NCBI GenBank assembly: GCA_038245375.1
Contig: JBBRSN010000001.1
Span: 23,930-87,929 of the forward strand
Source: Sphingomonadales bacterium
Lineage (GTDB): Bacteria > Pseudomonadota > Alphaproteobacteria > Sphingomonadales > Sphingomonadaceae
Direction: 5' to 3'
DNA: 64,000 nucleotides
The notes under the pieces: model-generated
The model's database searches: none
The model's input: the letters and a program-made list of their open reading frames with translations, nothing else
Told to the model about the DNA's origin: nothing
In this document: positions 55,651-64,000 of the stretch, piece by piece
Layout: every line of letters starts with the position of its first letter
Position numbering within the stretch: the stretch's first letter is position 1
Program-made: the position numbers and the translations under genes

Positions 55651-56864
55651 CCGACCCCGGCACCGAACTCACCTTGTGGAAGCGGATGCGCCAGGGTGGC
55701 CGCACCGATCGCTCGCCGCTCGGCATGTGGTTCTGGGATATCGACCGCGTCGTGCTGTTGCTGACGCTGCTGCTCATCGCGGTCGGGCTGGTCGCGGTCG
55801 GCTCGGCCTCGCCTTCGGCGGCGGCGCGCTATTCCGACGAGCATCGCCATATCCCGCCGCTTTTCTATCTGCAGTGGCAGATCCTGTGGGTCTGCGTATC
55901 GTTGCCGGTGATGCTGATCGTCTCGATGCTCTCGGTCGTCGCCGCGCGACGCATGGCGTTGATCGGCACGGTCATCTGTCTCGCGCTGCTGATCGCGGTG
56001 CCGTTCATGGGCGTCGAGAAGAACGGCGCGACGCGCTGGCTCAATTTCGGCGTCTCGCTGATCCAGCCCTCCGAATTCCTCAAGCCTTGCTTCATCGTTA
56101 CCTGCGCTTGGCTGTTGTCGATGAAGGTGCGGGACGAGGCGCTGCCCGTCACGGTAATCACCGGCGCGATGACCGCGCTGGTCGGCTTTTTGCTGATGCT
56201 GCAGCCCGATTTCGGGCAAACGATCGTGTTCGTTGCCGTCTGGTTCGCGCTCCTGATGATCGCCGGCACGCCGCCCCGGGTGATGGCCGGGCTGATCGCG
56301 CTCGCCCCGGCGGGCCTGCTTGCCGCCTATTTCTTCTACGGCACCGCGCGCGTAAGGATCGACGCATTCCTGTTCCCGTCCGCCGAAGGCGAGGGCGGAT
56401 CGGACCATTTCCAGACCAATGCGGCACACGATACCATCACCAACGGCGGCTGGCGCGGTACCGGCCCCGGCGGCGGGACGATGAAGTTCCGCCTGCCCGA
56501 AGGCCATACCGACTATATCTTTTCGGTGATCGGCGAGGAATTCGGGTTGATCGCGTGTATGATCATCGCGATGCTTTTCCTCGCCATCGTCGTGCGCGTG
56601 TTCGTCAAGCTGCTAGATGAACGTGACGAGTTTCGCCTCTTCGCCGCCGCCGGCCTCGCCACGCAATTCGGCGTGCAGTCGCTTATCAGCATGGCGGTCA
56701 ATACCGGCCTTGCCCCGTCCAAGGGCATGACATTGCCGTTCATCAGCTATGGCGGGTCCTCGATGATTGCGTTGTCGATCGGGATGGGCTTGCTGCTGGC
56801 CTTCACCCGGCGCAATCCGTTCGTCACGCGCAGTCCCTATATCGCGCGTTGGAGCGGCGAATGA
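55647..56864 (+). CDS. ftsW: SEDS-family peptidoglycan polymerase/lipid II flippase FtsW
   Basis: Ten TM segments, SEFLKP, DFGQ, PEGHTDYIFSVIGEE, LPFISYGGSS. Confidence 0.93.
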   Translation: MTDPGTELTLWKRMRQGGRTDRSPLGMWFWDIDRVVLLLTLLLIAVGLVAVGSASPSAAARYSDEHRHIPPLFYLQWQILWVCVSLPVMLIVSMLSVVAARRMALIGTVICLALLIAVPFMGVEKNGATRWLNFGVSLIQPSEFLKPCFIVTCAWLLSMKVRDEALPVTVITGAMTALVGFLLMLQPDFGQTIVFVAVWFALLMIAGTPPRVMAGLIALAPAGLLAAYFFYGTARVRIDAFLFPSAEGEGGSDHFQTNAAHDTITNGGWRGTGPGGGTMKFRLPEGHTDYIFSVIGEEFGLIACMIIAMLFLAIVVRVFVKLLDERDEFRLFAAAGLATQFGVQSLISMAVNTGLAPSKGMTLPFISYGGSSMIALSIGMGLLLAFTRRNPFVTRSPYIARWSGE

Positions 56865-58021
56865 GCAAGGTTCACCATTTCGTACTCGCGGCAGGCGGTA
56901 CCGGCGGCCATATGGTCCCGGCGGCCGCGCTGGCCGCCGAACTCGTCCGGCGCGGCCACCGCGTTGCGCTGGTCAGCGACGAGCGCGGCGTGCGCTTCCC
57001 CGGCCTGTTCGAGGGCGTGCAGACGCATATCCTGCCGGCCGGACGCCTGGCCGGCGGTCCGCTCGGCTGGGTCAGGGCGGCGCGGGCGATGTTGCGCGGT
57101 CGCGCGATGGCGATCGAGCTGTTGCAGCATTTCCGCCCCGCCGCGGTGATCGGTTTCGGCGGCTATCCTGCGCTCCCGGCGCTGCTCGCCGCGTTCCACC
57201 ACAAGATCCCGTCCGCGATCCATGAACAGAACGCCGTGCTCGGGCGCGTCAACCGGTTGGTCGCCGGGCGGGTCAGTGCCATCGCCACCTCCTATGCCGC
57301 GGTCGAACGGCTCAAGGACGGCTATCGCGGCAAGACCCATCTGGTCGGCAATCCGGTGCGTGATTCGGTTATCGCGCTGCGCGACAAGCCTTATCCCCTG
57401 CTCGAGGAAGACGGCATCTTCCGCGTGCTCGTTACCGGCGGCAGCCAGGGCGCGAGCGTGCTGAGCCAGGTCGTGCCCGACGGCCTGTCGCTGCTGCCGG
57501 TCAATTTTCGCCGCCGGCTGCAGGTGACTCACCAGGCGCGGATCGAGGATATCGACGCCGCCCGTGCCAAATATGCCGAGCTGTCGATCGCCGCCGATCT
57601 CGCCACCTATCTGCCCGACCTGCCCGAGCATCTCGGTTGGGCGCACCTCGTCATCGCCCGCGCCGGCGCGTCGACGCTCGCCGAACTGACCTGCGCCGGC
57701 CGCCCCGCGATCCTCGTCCCGCTGCCCAGCGCGACCGACGACCACCAGACCGCCAATGCCCGCGAGATGACCGCGGCGGGCGGCGCGCGCACGATCGATC
57801 AGCGCAACTTCACGCCGGTCGAGCTGGCCAAGCAGATGCAGCGCCTCGGCCTGGATCCTTCGGCGTTGCAGAATGCCGCCGCCCGCGCGCGCAGCTGCGG
57901 CCGGCCCGATGCCGCGCGCGATCTCGCCGATCTGGTCGAGAGCCTTGCCGAGACCGGCGGCGATATGCCGATCGGCCTGCCGCTTCCCAAGAAGACCAAT
58001 GACGGGATGGCGTTCGCATGA
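56861..58021 (+). CDS. murG: UDP-GlcNAc:lipid I GlcNAc transferase
   Basis: [27 protein letters not shown]. Confidence 0.93.
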   Translation: MSKVHHFVLAAGGTGGHMVPAAALAAELVRRGHRVALVSDERGVRFPGLFEGVQTHILPAGRLAGGPLGWVRAARAMLRGRAMAIELLQHFRPAAVIGFGGYPALPALLAAFHHKIPSAIHEQNAVLGRVNRLVAGRVSAIATSYAAVERLKDGYRGKTHLVGNPVRDSVIALRDKPYPLLEEDGIFRVLVTGGSQGASVLSQVVPDGLSLLPVNFRRRLQVTHQARIEDIDAARAKYAELSIAADLATYLPDLPEHLGWAHLVIARAGASTLAELTCAGRPAILVPLPSATDDHQTANAREMTAAGGARTIDQRNFTPVELAKQMQRLGLDPSALQNAAARARSCGRPDAARDLADLVESLAETGGDMPIGLPLPKKTNDGMAFA

Positions 58022-59421
58022 GGGGAGTCGCGACCGATATCGGCACGATCCATTTCGTCGGTATCGGCGGGATCGGCATGTCGGGCATTGCCGAGGTGAT
58101 GCACAATCTCGGCTACAAGGTGCAGGGATCCGACGTCGCCGAGGGCTATGTCATCCAGGGACTGCGCGCCAAGGGCATCGCCGTCCATATCGGCCATCAC
58201 GCCGACAATCTCGGCGATGCCGCGGTGGTGGTCACCTCGACCGCGATCAAGCGCGACAATCCCGAGGTCGATGCCGCGCTCGAACGCCGCATCCCGGTGG
58301 TGCGCCGCGCCGAGATGCTCGCCGAGCTGATGCGCCTGAAATCGACCGTCGCGGTTGCCGGCACGCACGGCAAGACCACCACTACATCGATGGTCGCGGC
58401 GCTGCTCGACGCCGGGGGGGTCGACCCGACAGTGATCAATGGCGGCATCATCAACAGCTATGGCTCCAATGCCCGGCTCGGCGCGAGCGACTGGATGGTG
58501 GTCGAGGCCGACGAAAGTGACGGCAGCTTCCTGCGGCTCGACGGCACGATCGCGGTCGTTACCAACATCGATCCCGAGCATCTCGATCATTATGGCTCGT
58601 TCGACGCGGTCAAGGACGCCTTTGTCGAGTTCGTCGAGAACGTCCCCTTTTACGGCGCGGCGCTGCTGTGCCTCGATCACCCCGAGGTGCAGGGCATCAT
58701 CCCGCGCGTCCGCGACCGGCGCGTCGTGACCTATGGCTTCTCGGCACAGGCCGATGTGCGCGGCGTCAACGTCACGCCCTTTCCCGGCGGCAATCGCTTC
58801 GAGACGATCGTGCGCAGCCGGGACGGTTCGACCCGCTCGATCGAAGGGATCGAAATGCCGATGCCCGGCCGGCACAATGTCCAGAATGCATTGGCCGCAA
58901 TCGGCGTCGCGCTTGAGCTCGGCATCGACGATGCGACGATCCAGCAAGGCTTTGCGAAGTTCGGCGGCGTCAAGCGGCGCTTCACCAAGGTCGGCGAAAC
59001 GTGCGGCGTGACGATCATCGACGATTACGGCCATCATCCGGTCGAGATCCGCGCGGTGCTTGCAGCAGCACGCGAAGGCGTCGAGCACCGCGTCATCGCG
59101 GTCGTACAGCCGCATCGCTATTCGCGGCTCGGCAATTTGATGGAAGATTTCCAGGCCGCCTTCAACGATGCCGACATGGTGTTCGTGACACCGGTCTATG
59201 CCGCAGGCGAAGCACCGGTCGAAGGGGTCGACGCCGCGGCGCTGGTCGAAGGGCTGAAGCGGCGCGGCCATCGCTCCGCCGCGACCGTCGCCGATGCGGC
59301 CGCGCTGGCCACCGCGCTCGCCGCGACGATTCAGCCCGGCGACATGGTCGTCTGCCTCGGGGCAGGGGACATTACCAAATGGGCAGCCGGCCTCGCAGAT
59401 GCGATCGAGGCGCTGCAATGA
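58018..59421 (+). CDS. murC: UDP-MurNAc:L-Ala ligase
   Basis: [35 protein letters not shown]. Confidence 0.94.
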   Translation: MRGVATDIGTIHFVGIGGIGMSGIAEVMHNLGYKVQGSDVAEGYVIQGLRAKGIAVHIGHHADNLGDAAVVVTSTAIKRDNPEVDAALERRIPVVRRAEMLAELMRLKSTVAVAGTHGKTTTTSMVAALLDAGGVDPTVINGGIINSYGSNARLGASDWMVVEADESDGSFLRLDGTIAVVTNIDPEHLDHYGSFDAVKDAFVEFVENVPFYGAALLCLDHPEVQGIIPRVRDRRVVTYGFSAQADVRGVNVTPFPGGNRFETIVRSRDGSTRSIEGIEMPMPGRHNVQNALAAIGVALELGIDDATIQQGFAKFGGVKRRFTKVGETCGVTIIDDYGHHPVEIRAVLAAAREGVEHRVIAVVQPHRYSRLGNLMEDFQAAFNDADMVFVTPVYAAGEAPVEGVDAAALVEGLKRRGHRSAATVADAAALATALAATIQPGDMVVCLGAGDITKWAAGLADAIEALQ

Positions 59422-60329
59422 TGGTTAATGCCGCCTTGACGCCGCAGATCACTCCGATGGTGCGCGGGCGACTTACGCCCGACGCGCCGCTGGCGCCGCT
59501 TGTCTGGTTCAAGAGCGGTGGCGCCGCCGAATGGCTGTTCGAGCCGGCCGATGTCGCCGACCTGGCGGACTTCCTGCGCGATCTGGACCCTGCGATACCG
59601 GTGATGGGGCTGGGGTTGGGTTCGAACATGATCATCCGCGACGGCGGTTTTCCCGGCGTCGTGGTGCGTCTCGGCAAGGCGTTCGCCGGTGTCGAGCAGA
59701 TCGACGCGACCACCTTGCGCTGCGGCGGCGGGGCATCGGGCATCCTCGTCTCGTCCAGGGCGCGCGACGCCGGTATCGGGGGCGTCGCGTTCCTTCGCTC
59801 GATCCCCGGCACGGTTGGCGGTTTCGTGCGGATGAACGGTGGGGCCTATGGCCGTGAGACCAAGGACATCCTGATCGAGTGCGAAGTCGTCCTGCGCGAC
59901 GGTGAGCGCAAGATCCTGCCGCTCGCGGCGCTCGGCTACAGCTATCGCCACAGCAACCTGCCCGAGGGCGCGCTCGTTGTCAGCGCTACCTTCCGCGGCT
60001 TCAGCGACGATCCCGCCGCGATCCAGGCCGAGATGGACCGCATCGCCGCCGAGCGCGAGGCTTCGCAGCCGCTGCGGTCGCGCACCGGCGGCTCGACCTT
60101 CAAGAACCCGGACGGGCACAAGGCCTGGGCGCTGATCGACGCTGCCGGGTGCCGGGGCCTGCGCCACGGCGACGCGCAGGTCAGCGAGAAGCATTGCAAC
60201 TTCCTGCTCAACCTCGGCACCGCGACCAGCGCGGAGATCGAGGCGCTGGGCGAAGAAGTGCGCGCGAAGGTCCTCGCGCATTCCGGGGTGTCGCTTGAAT
60301 GGGAAATCCAGCGCGTGGGCCAGCTATGA
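59418..60329 (+). CDS. murB: UDP-N-acetylenolpyruvoylglucosamine reductase
   Basis: [31 protein letters not shown]. Confidence 0.92.
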   Translation: MMVNAALTPQITPMVRGRLTPDAPLAPLVWFKSGGAAEWLFEPADVADLADFLRDLDPAIPVMGLGLGSNMIIRDGGFPGVVVRLGKAFAGVEQIDATTLRCGGGASGILVSSRARDAGIGGVAFLRSIPGTVGGFVRMNGGAYGRETKDILIECEVVLRDGERKILPLAALGYSYRHSNLPEGALVVSATFRGFSDDPAAIQAEMDRIAAEREASQPLRSRTGGSTFKNPDGHKAWALIDAAGCRGLRHGDAQVSEKHCNFLLNLGTATSAEIEALGEEVRAKVLAHSGVSLEWEIQRVGQL

Positions 60330-61264
60330 GCGCGCCGCTCCACATCGTCGTCCTGATGGGTGGCTGGTCGGCCGAGCGCGAGGTTTCGCTGATGTCGGGT
60401 GCCGGCATCGCCGAGGCGCTCGTATCGCTCGGCCATCGCGTGACGCGCATCGACATGGATCGCGACGTTGCCGCGCGGCTCGCTGCGGTCCGGCCCGACC
60501 TGGTGTTCAACGCCTTGCACGGGACGCCCGGCGAGGACGGCTCGGTGCAGGGCATGCTCGACCTGATGGGTCTGCGTTACACCCATAGCGGCATGGTCGC
60601 CTCGGTCATCGCGATCGACAAGGTGCTGACCAAGCTGGCGCTGGTCCCGCACGGCATCCCGATGCCGGGCGGGCGTATCGTCAAGACCGCCGACATCTTC
60701 GAGGCCGATCCGCTCCAGCGTCCCTATGTCCTCAAGCCGGTCAACGAAGGCTCGTCGGTCGGCGTGGCGATCGTCACCGCCGACGGCAATTACGGCAACC
60801 CGATCGGCCGTGATGTGGCGGGGCCGTGGCTGGAATTCGACGAACTGCTCGCCGAGCCGTTCATCCGCGGGCGCGAACTGACCACCGCCGTGCTCGGCGA
60901 CCGCGCGCTTGGGGTGACCGAGTTGAAGCCCAGGAGCGGTTTCTACGATTACGACGCCAAATATACCGATGGTCTGACCGAACACATCTTTCCGGCGCAG
61001 ATTCCCGATGACATCGCCGACGCCTGCAAGGCGATCGCGCTCGAGGCGCACCGGTTGCTCGGCTGCAAGGGCGCGTCGCGCGCCGATTTCCGCTGGGACG
61101 ACGAACGTGGGGTAGACGGCCTGTTCCTGCTCGAGATCAATACCCAGCCGGGCATGACGCCGCTCAGCCTCGTGCCGGAGCAGGCGCGGCATCTCGGGAT
61201 GAGCTATCCAGCACTGGTCCAGGCGATCGTCGACGCCGCCATGGATGAAGGGGAGGGGCGATGA
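60326..61264 (+). CDS. ddl: D-alanine--D-alanine ligase
   Basis: VVLMGGWSAEREVSL, LHGTPGEDGSVQG, KP..EGSSVG, EINTQPGMT. Confidence 0.93.
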   Translation: MSAPLHIVVLMGGWSAEREVSLMSGAGIAEALVSLGHRVTRIDMDRDVAARLAAVRPDLVFNALHGTPGEDGSVQGMLDLMGLRYTHSGMVASVIAIDKVLTKLALVPHGIPMPGGRIVKTADIFEADPLQRPYVLKPVNEGSSVGVAIVTADGNYGNPIGRDVAGPWLEFDELLAEPFIRGRELTTAVLGDRALGVTELKPRSGFYDYDAKYTDGLTEHIFPAQIPDDIADACKAIALEAHRLLGCKGASRADFRWDDERGVDGLFLLEINTQPGMTPLSLVPEQARHLGMSYPALVQAIVDAAMDEGEGR

Positions 61265-62199
61265 GCCGCACGATCAAACGCGCCCCGGCGCGCCGCCCGG
61301 TGCCACCGCGCCGCAAGGCTCCGACGATTTCGCTCGCCGACCGGCTGGTCGCCGTCCTGCCGATCAGCGAACACACGCTACACCGCATCGTCACGTGGTC
61401 GATCTTCGCGGCGGTGCTGATCGCGGTCACCGTCGGCGCGAGCCTGGCCGGCATTCCCGGCGCAGTCGGCAGCGCGATCGCCGAGGGGATCGGTCGCGCC
61501 GGCTTCCGCGTCGAGCAGATCCAGATAACCGGCGTCAGCCGTACCGACGCGATGATGGTCTATGCCGATGCGCTCGATCAACGCTCGCGCGCGATGCCGC
61601 TGATCGATCTGGCAAAGGTGCGCGAGAAGCTGCTCGCGCGACAGGGCTGGATCCAGGATGCGCATGTCTCGCGCCGCCTGCCCGACACGTTGCTTATCCA
61701 CATCATCGAGCGTCAGCCGAGCGCGATCTGGCAGATCAACAACAAGCTCGCGCTGATTGCCGACAATGGCGTGACGCTCGAGGCGATCTCGGCTGATGCC
61801 ATGCCCGACCTGCCGCTGCTGATCGGCCCGGGCGCCAATATGCAGGAGGCGGCTTATCTGCGCCTGCTCGATGTCGCGCCGGCGCTGAAGCCGCTGGTCA
61901 AGGCGGCGACCTGGGTCGGCAATCGTCGCTGGAACCTAACCTTCGAGAGCGGCGAGACGCTCGCATTGCCGGAAGGCGAGCGGGAGGCGGCGACGGCGCT
62001 GATCAAGTTCGCGCAGATCGACGGCACCAAGCCGTTGCTCGGCAAGGGTTGGATCCGCTTCGACATGCGTGATCCCGACAAGCTCGTCGCGCGCAAGCCG
62101 GGCGAGATTGCCGACCGCGCGATCAGCGTCCCCGATAACGGACACGCACCGGCATCGGACAATCAGACGAAACCAATCGGCACGACAGGGCAGGGGTAG
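61261..62199 (+). CDS. ftsQ: Cell division protein FtsQ
   Basis: Basic N-terminus, single TM segment, POTRA-like VEQIQITG..RT. Position in the cluster. Confidence 0.88.
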   Translation: MSRTIKRAPARRPVPPRRKAPTISLADRLVAVLPISEHTLHRIVTWSIFAAVLIAVTVGASLAGIPGAVGSAIAEGIGRAGFRVEQIQITGVSRTDAMMVYADALDQRSRAMPLIDLAKVREKLLARQGWIQDAHVSRRLPDTLLIHIIERQPSAIWQINNKLALIADNGVTLEAISADAMPDLPLLIGPGANMQEAAYLRLLDVAPALKPLVKAATWVGNRRWNLTFESGETLALPEGEREAATALIKFAQIDGTKPLLGKGWIRFDMRDPDKLVARKPGEIADRAISVPDNGHAPASDNQTKPIGTTGQG

Positions 62200-62204
62200 A
62201 GCGT

Positions 62205-63467
62205 ATGGCTAAGCAGGCACCGGAAGGTCTGATCACGGCACTCGATATCGGGTCGTCGAAGGTTTCGGCGATGATCGCGCAAAAGGGCGATGGCGGGGAA
62301 CTGATCGTGCTCGGCACCGGCCAGCGCGAGAGCCGTGGCGTCAAGCGCGGCTATATCGCCGATGCCGACGCCACTGAGGCGGCGGTACGCGAAGCGGTCG
62401 AGCAGGCCGAACGCATTGCCGGCACCAATATCGAGAATGTCTGGGTCAGCTTCTCGGCCGGTGGCCTCGTCTCCGACGTTGCCGAGGTCGAATTCGAACT
62501 CGGCGGACACCGCGTCGAGCAGGCCGATATCGACGCGTTGCTCCAGGCCGGTCGCGAATCGATCGATCCTGCCGGGCGCATGGTGCTGCATGCCCAGCCG
62601 GCGCTCTACACGCTCGATGGCCTGACCGGCGTGAAGAAGCCGCTGGGCCTCCATGCCGACCGGCTCGGCGTGCACATCCATGTCGTTGCCGCCGATGGAT
62701 CGCCGGTGCGCAATCTCGGGCTGTGCGTCGCCAACGCGCATCTCGAGGTGAAGGCGATCATCGCGTCGCCGGTCGCGACCGGCATGGCGTGCCTGTCGGA
62801 GGAAGAACGCGAACTCGGCGTCGCACTGGTCGAACTCGGCGCCGGCATCACCAACGTCTCGTTGTTCGCCGGCGGCATGCTCGTCGGGCTGACCTCAATC
62901 CCATTCGGTTCGGCCGATATCACAGACGACATCGCCTCGGCGTTCGGCACGCGCCGCGCGCAGGCCGAACGCATGAAGTGCTTCCACGGCTCGGCCAATG
63001 CTTCCCCGCGCGACAATCACGAGATGATCGACGTCGCGCCGATCTCGGCCGAGGACGATGCCAGCGAAGGCACGCGCATCACCAAGGCGCAGTTGATCGC
63101 TGTCATCCGCCAGCGGCTCGAGCATCTTATGGGGGAGGTGCAAAAGGCGCTGGTCGAGCTCAAGTTCGAAGGGCCGGTCGGGCGCCAGGTAGTGTTAACC
63201 GGCGGCGGCGCGGAATTGAAGGGGATCGCCGATTATGCGCAGCAGGCACTCGGCCGTTCGGTGCGGATCGGCCGCCCACGCGGTCTGACCGCGTTGCCCG
63301 AGGCACATTCCGGCCCCGGCTTCGCTACCCTTGCGGGCCTGGCTTTCTATGCCGCAGCCGACCCGATCGATCTGCGCGCCCTGCCGACAGCGGGCCAGTT
63401 GGTACACCGGCCGCGCGGTTTGGCGATCTTTCGGCGCCTTATGGCGGCGGCACGGGCGAATTATTGA
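62205..63467 (+). CDS. ftsA: Cell division protein FtsA
   Basis: ALDIGSSKV, actin-like fold motifs (ELGAGITN, LTGGGAELKGI). Confidence 0.93.
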   Translation: MAKQAPEGLITALDIGSSKVSAMIAQKGDGGELIVLGTGQRESRGVKRGYIADADATEAAVREAVEQAERIAGTNIENVWVSFSAGGLVSDVAEVEFELGGHRVEQADIDALLQAGRESIDPAGRMVLHAQPALYTLDGLTGVKKPLGLHADRLGVHIHVVAADGSPVRNLGLCVANAHLEVKAIIASPVATGMACLSEEERELGVALVELGAGITNVSLFAGGMLVGLTSIPFGSADITDDIASAFGTRRAQAERMKCFHGSANASPRDNHEMIDVAPISAEDDASEGTRITKAQLIAVIRQRLEHLMGEVQKALVELKFEGPVGRQVVLTGGGAELKGIADYAQQALGRSVRIGRPRGLTALPEAHSGPGFATLAGLAFYAAADPIDLRALPTAGQLVHRPRGLAIFRRLMAAARANY

Positions 63468-63543
63468 AGAAATGAGACAAGATTTGGCGGTTCGCGCTGG
63501 AGTCGCCGCTAGCGATAGTGCAGAACGGCAACACATCATTAAG

Positions 63544-63562
63544 CGTCCCGCGGTTCGGGACG
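63544..63562 (+). other. Stable hairpin in the ftsZ leader (CGTCCCG-CGGTT-CGGGACG)
   Basis: Perfect 7-bp stem, 17 nt upstream of the ftsZ ATG and just before the GGAGAC Shine-Dalgarno sequence. Confidence 0.4.
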
Positions 63563-63578
63563 CGACGGAGACTGGGCG

Positions 63579-64000
63579 ATGGTAGAATTTCTTGCTCCCG
63601 AAGTTGACGAGTTGACCCCGCGCATCGCGGTGATCGGCGTCGGCGGTGCGGGCGGTAACGCGATCGCGAACATGATGCGCGCCGAAGTGGCGGGCGTCGA
63701 TTTCCTCGTCGCCAACACCGATTCACAAGCGCTCAAGCAGTCAAGCGCGCCGCATCGCATCCAGCTCGGCGTGAAGATCACGCAAGGCCTCGGTGCCGGG
63801 TCGCGGCCCGAGATCGGGCGCGCCGCCGCCGAGGAGACGATCGAGTCGGTGACCAAGATGCTTGAGGGTGCGCATATGTGCTTCATCGCCGCCGGTATGG
63901 GCGGTGGCACGGGTACCGGCGCGGCACCGGTCATCGCCAAGGCGGCGCGTGACATGGGTATCCTGACCGTCGGGGTCGTGACCAAGCCGTTCGCGTTCGA
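63579..64000 (+). CDS. ftsZ: Cell division GTPase FtsZ, 3'-truncated at the window edge
   Basis: Hand translation: [32 protein letters not shown]...[10 protein letters not shown]...[18 protein letters not shown] (tubulin signature GGGTGTG). Absent from the ORF track because there is no stop in the window. Confidence 0.93.
   Translation, partial: MVEFLAPEVDELTPRIAVIGVGGAGGNAIANMMRAEVAGVDFLVANTDSQALKQSSAPHRIQLGVKITQGLGAGSRPEIGRAAAEETIESVTKMLEGAHMCFIAAGMGGGTGTGAAPVIAKAARDMGILTVGVVTKPFAF

Noticed and set aside
1-64000. CRISPR arrays, tRNA/rRNA genes, transposases or integrases, and toxin-antitoxin or restriction-type defence cassettes.
   Set aside because: There are no spaced direct-repeat arrays. 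There is no GGTTCGAnTCC-type T-loop in a tRNA-like context; the matches at about 34846, 41895, 53231 and 59615 lie inside genes or lack acceptor stems. No DDE, tyrosine- or serine-recombinase motifs appear in any ORF. All repeats found are palindromic REP/MITE-like units.

Overview
About two-thirds G+C, gene-dense chromosomal segment of an alphaproteobacterium. Assignment to the Sphingomonadaceae is an inference from gene content and repeat types, not a database result. I call about 72 protein genes and find no rRNA, tRNA, CRISPR array, transposase or integrase. This is mostly core genome. It holds a 5'-truncated maeB; an SDR/acyl-CoA dehydrogenase/SDR/GPH-transporter cluster; a TonB-dependent receptor; an orphan CYP153-type P450; an ABC-2 exporter; queG; a his operon (hisB-yciI-like-hisH-hisA-hisF-small ORF-hisE-HIT); sspB; fumC; gmk; an ATP12/HAD/PaiB/RluA-family/crcB string; osmC; ribF; a fatty acyl-AMP ligase; recX; a two-domain cold-shock protein; the NDUFA12-like/DUF2155 pair; aat; and a complete dcw cluster (mraZ through a 3'-truncated ftsZ) in which 13 consecutive gene junctions overlap. 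Features not explained by genes: (1) a 754-bp ORF-poor locus (34379-35132) ending in a plus-strand-specific intrinsic terminator, containing GNRA-capped helices and preceded by two abutting DnaA-box 9-mers, which I treat as a candidate unannotated structured RNA or regulatory locus; (2) at least five families of nested palindromic intergenic repeats, some inside operons and one flanking a two-gene module on both sides; (3) an exact alphaproteobacterial SOS box (GTTC-N7-GTTC) upstream of a recA-less recX; (4) an orphan plus-strand terminator in the receptor leader region. I found no clear defence island or mobile element. Coordinates of internal starts were derived by hand from the ORF track and checked against the sequence.
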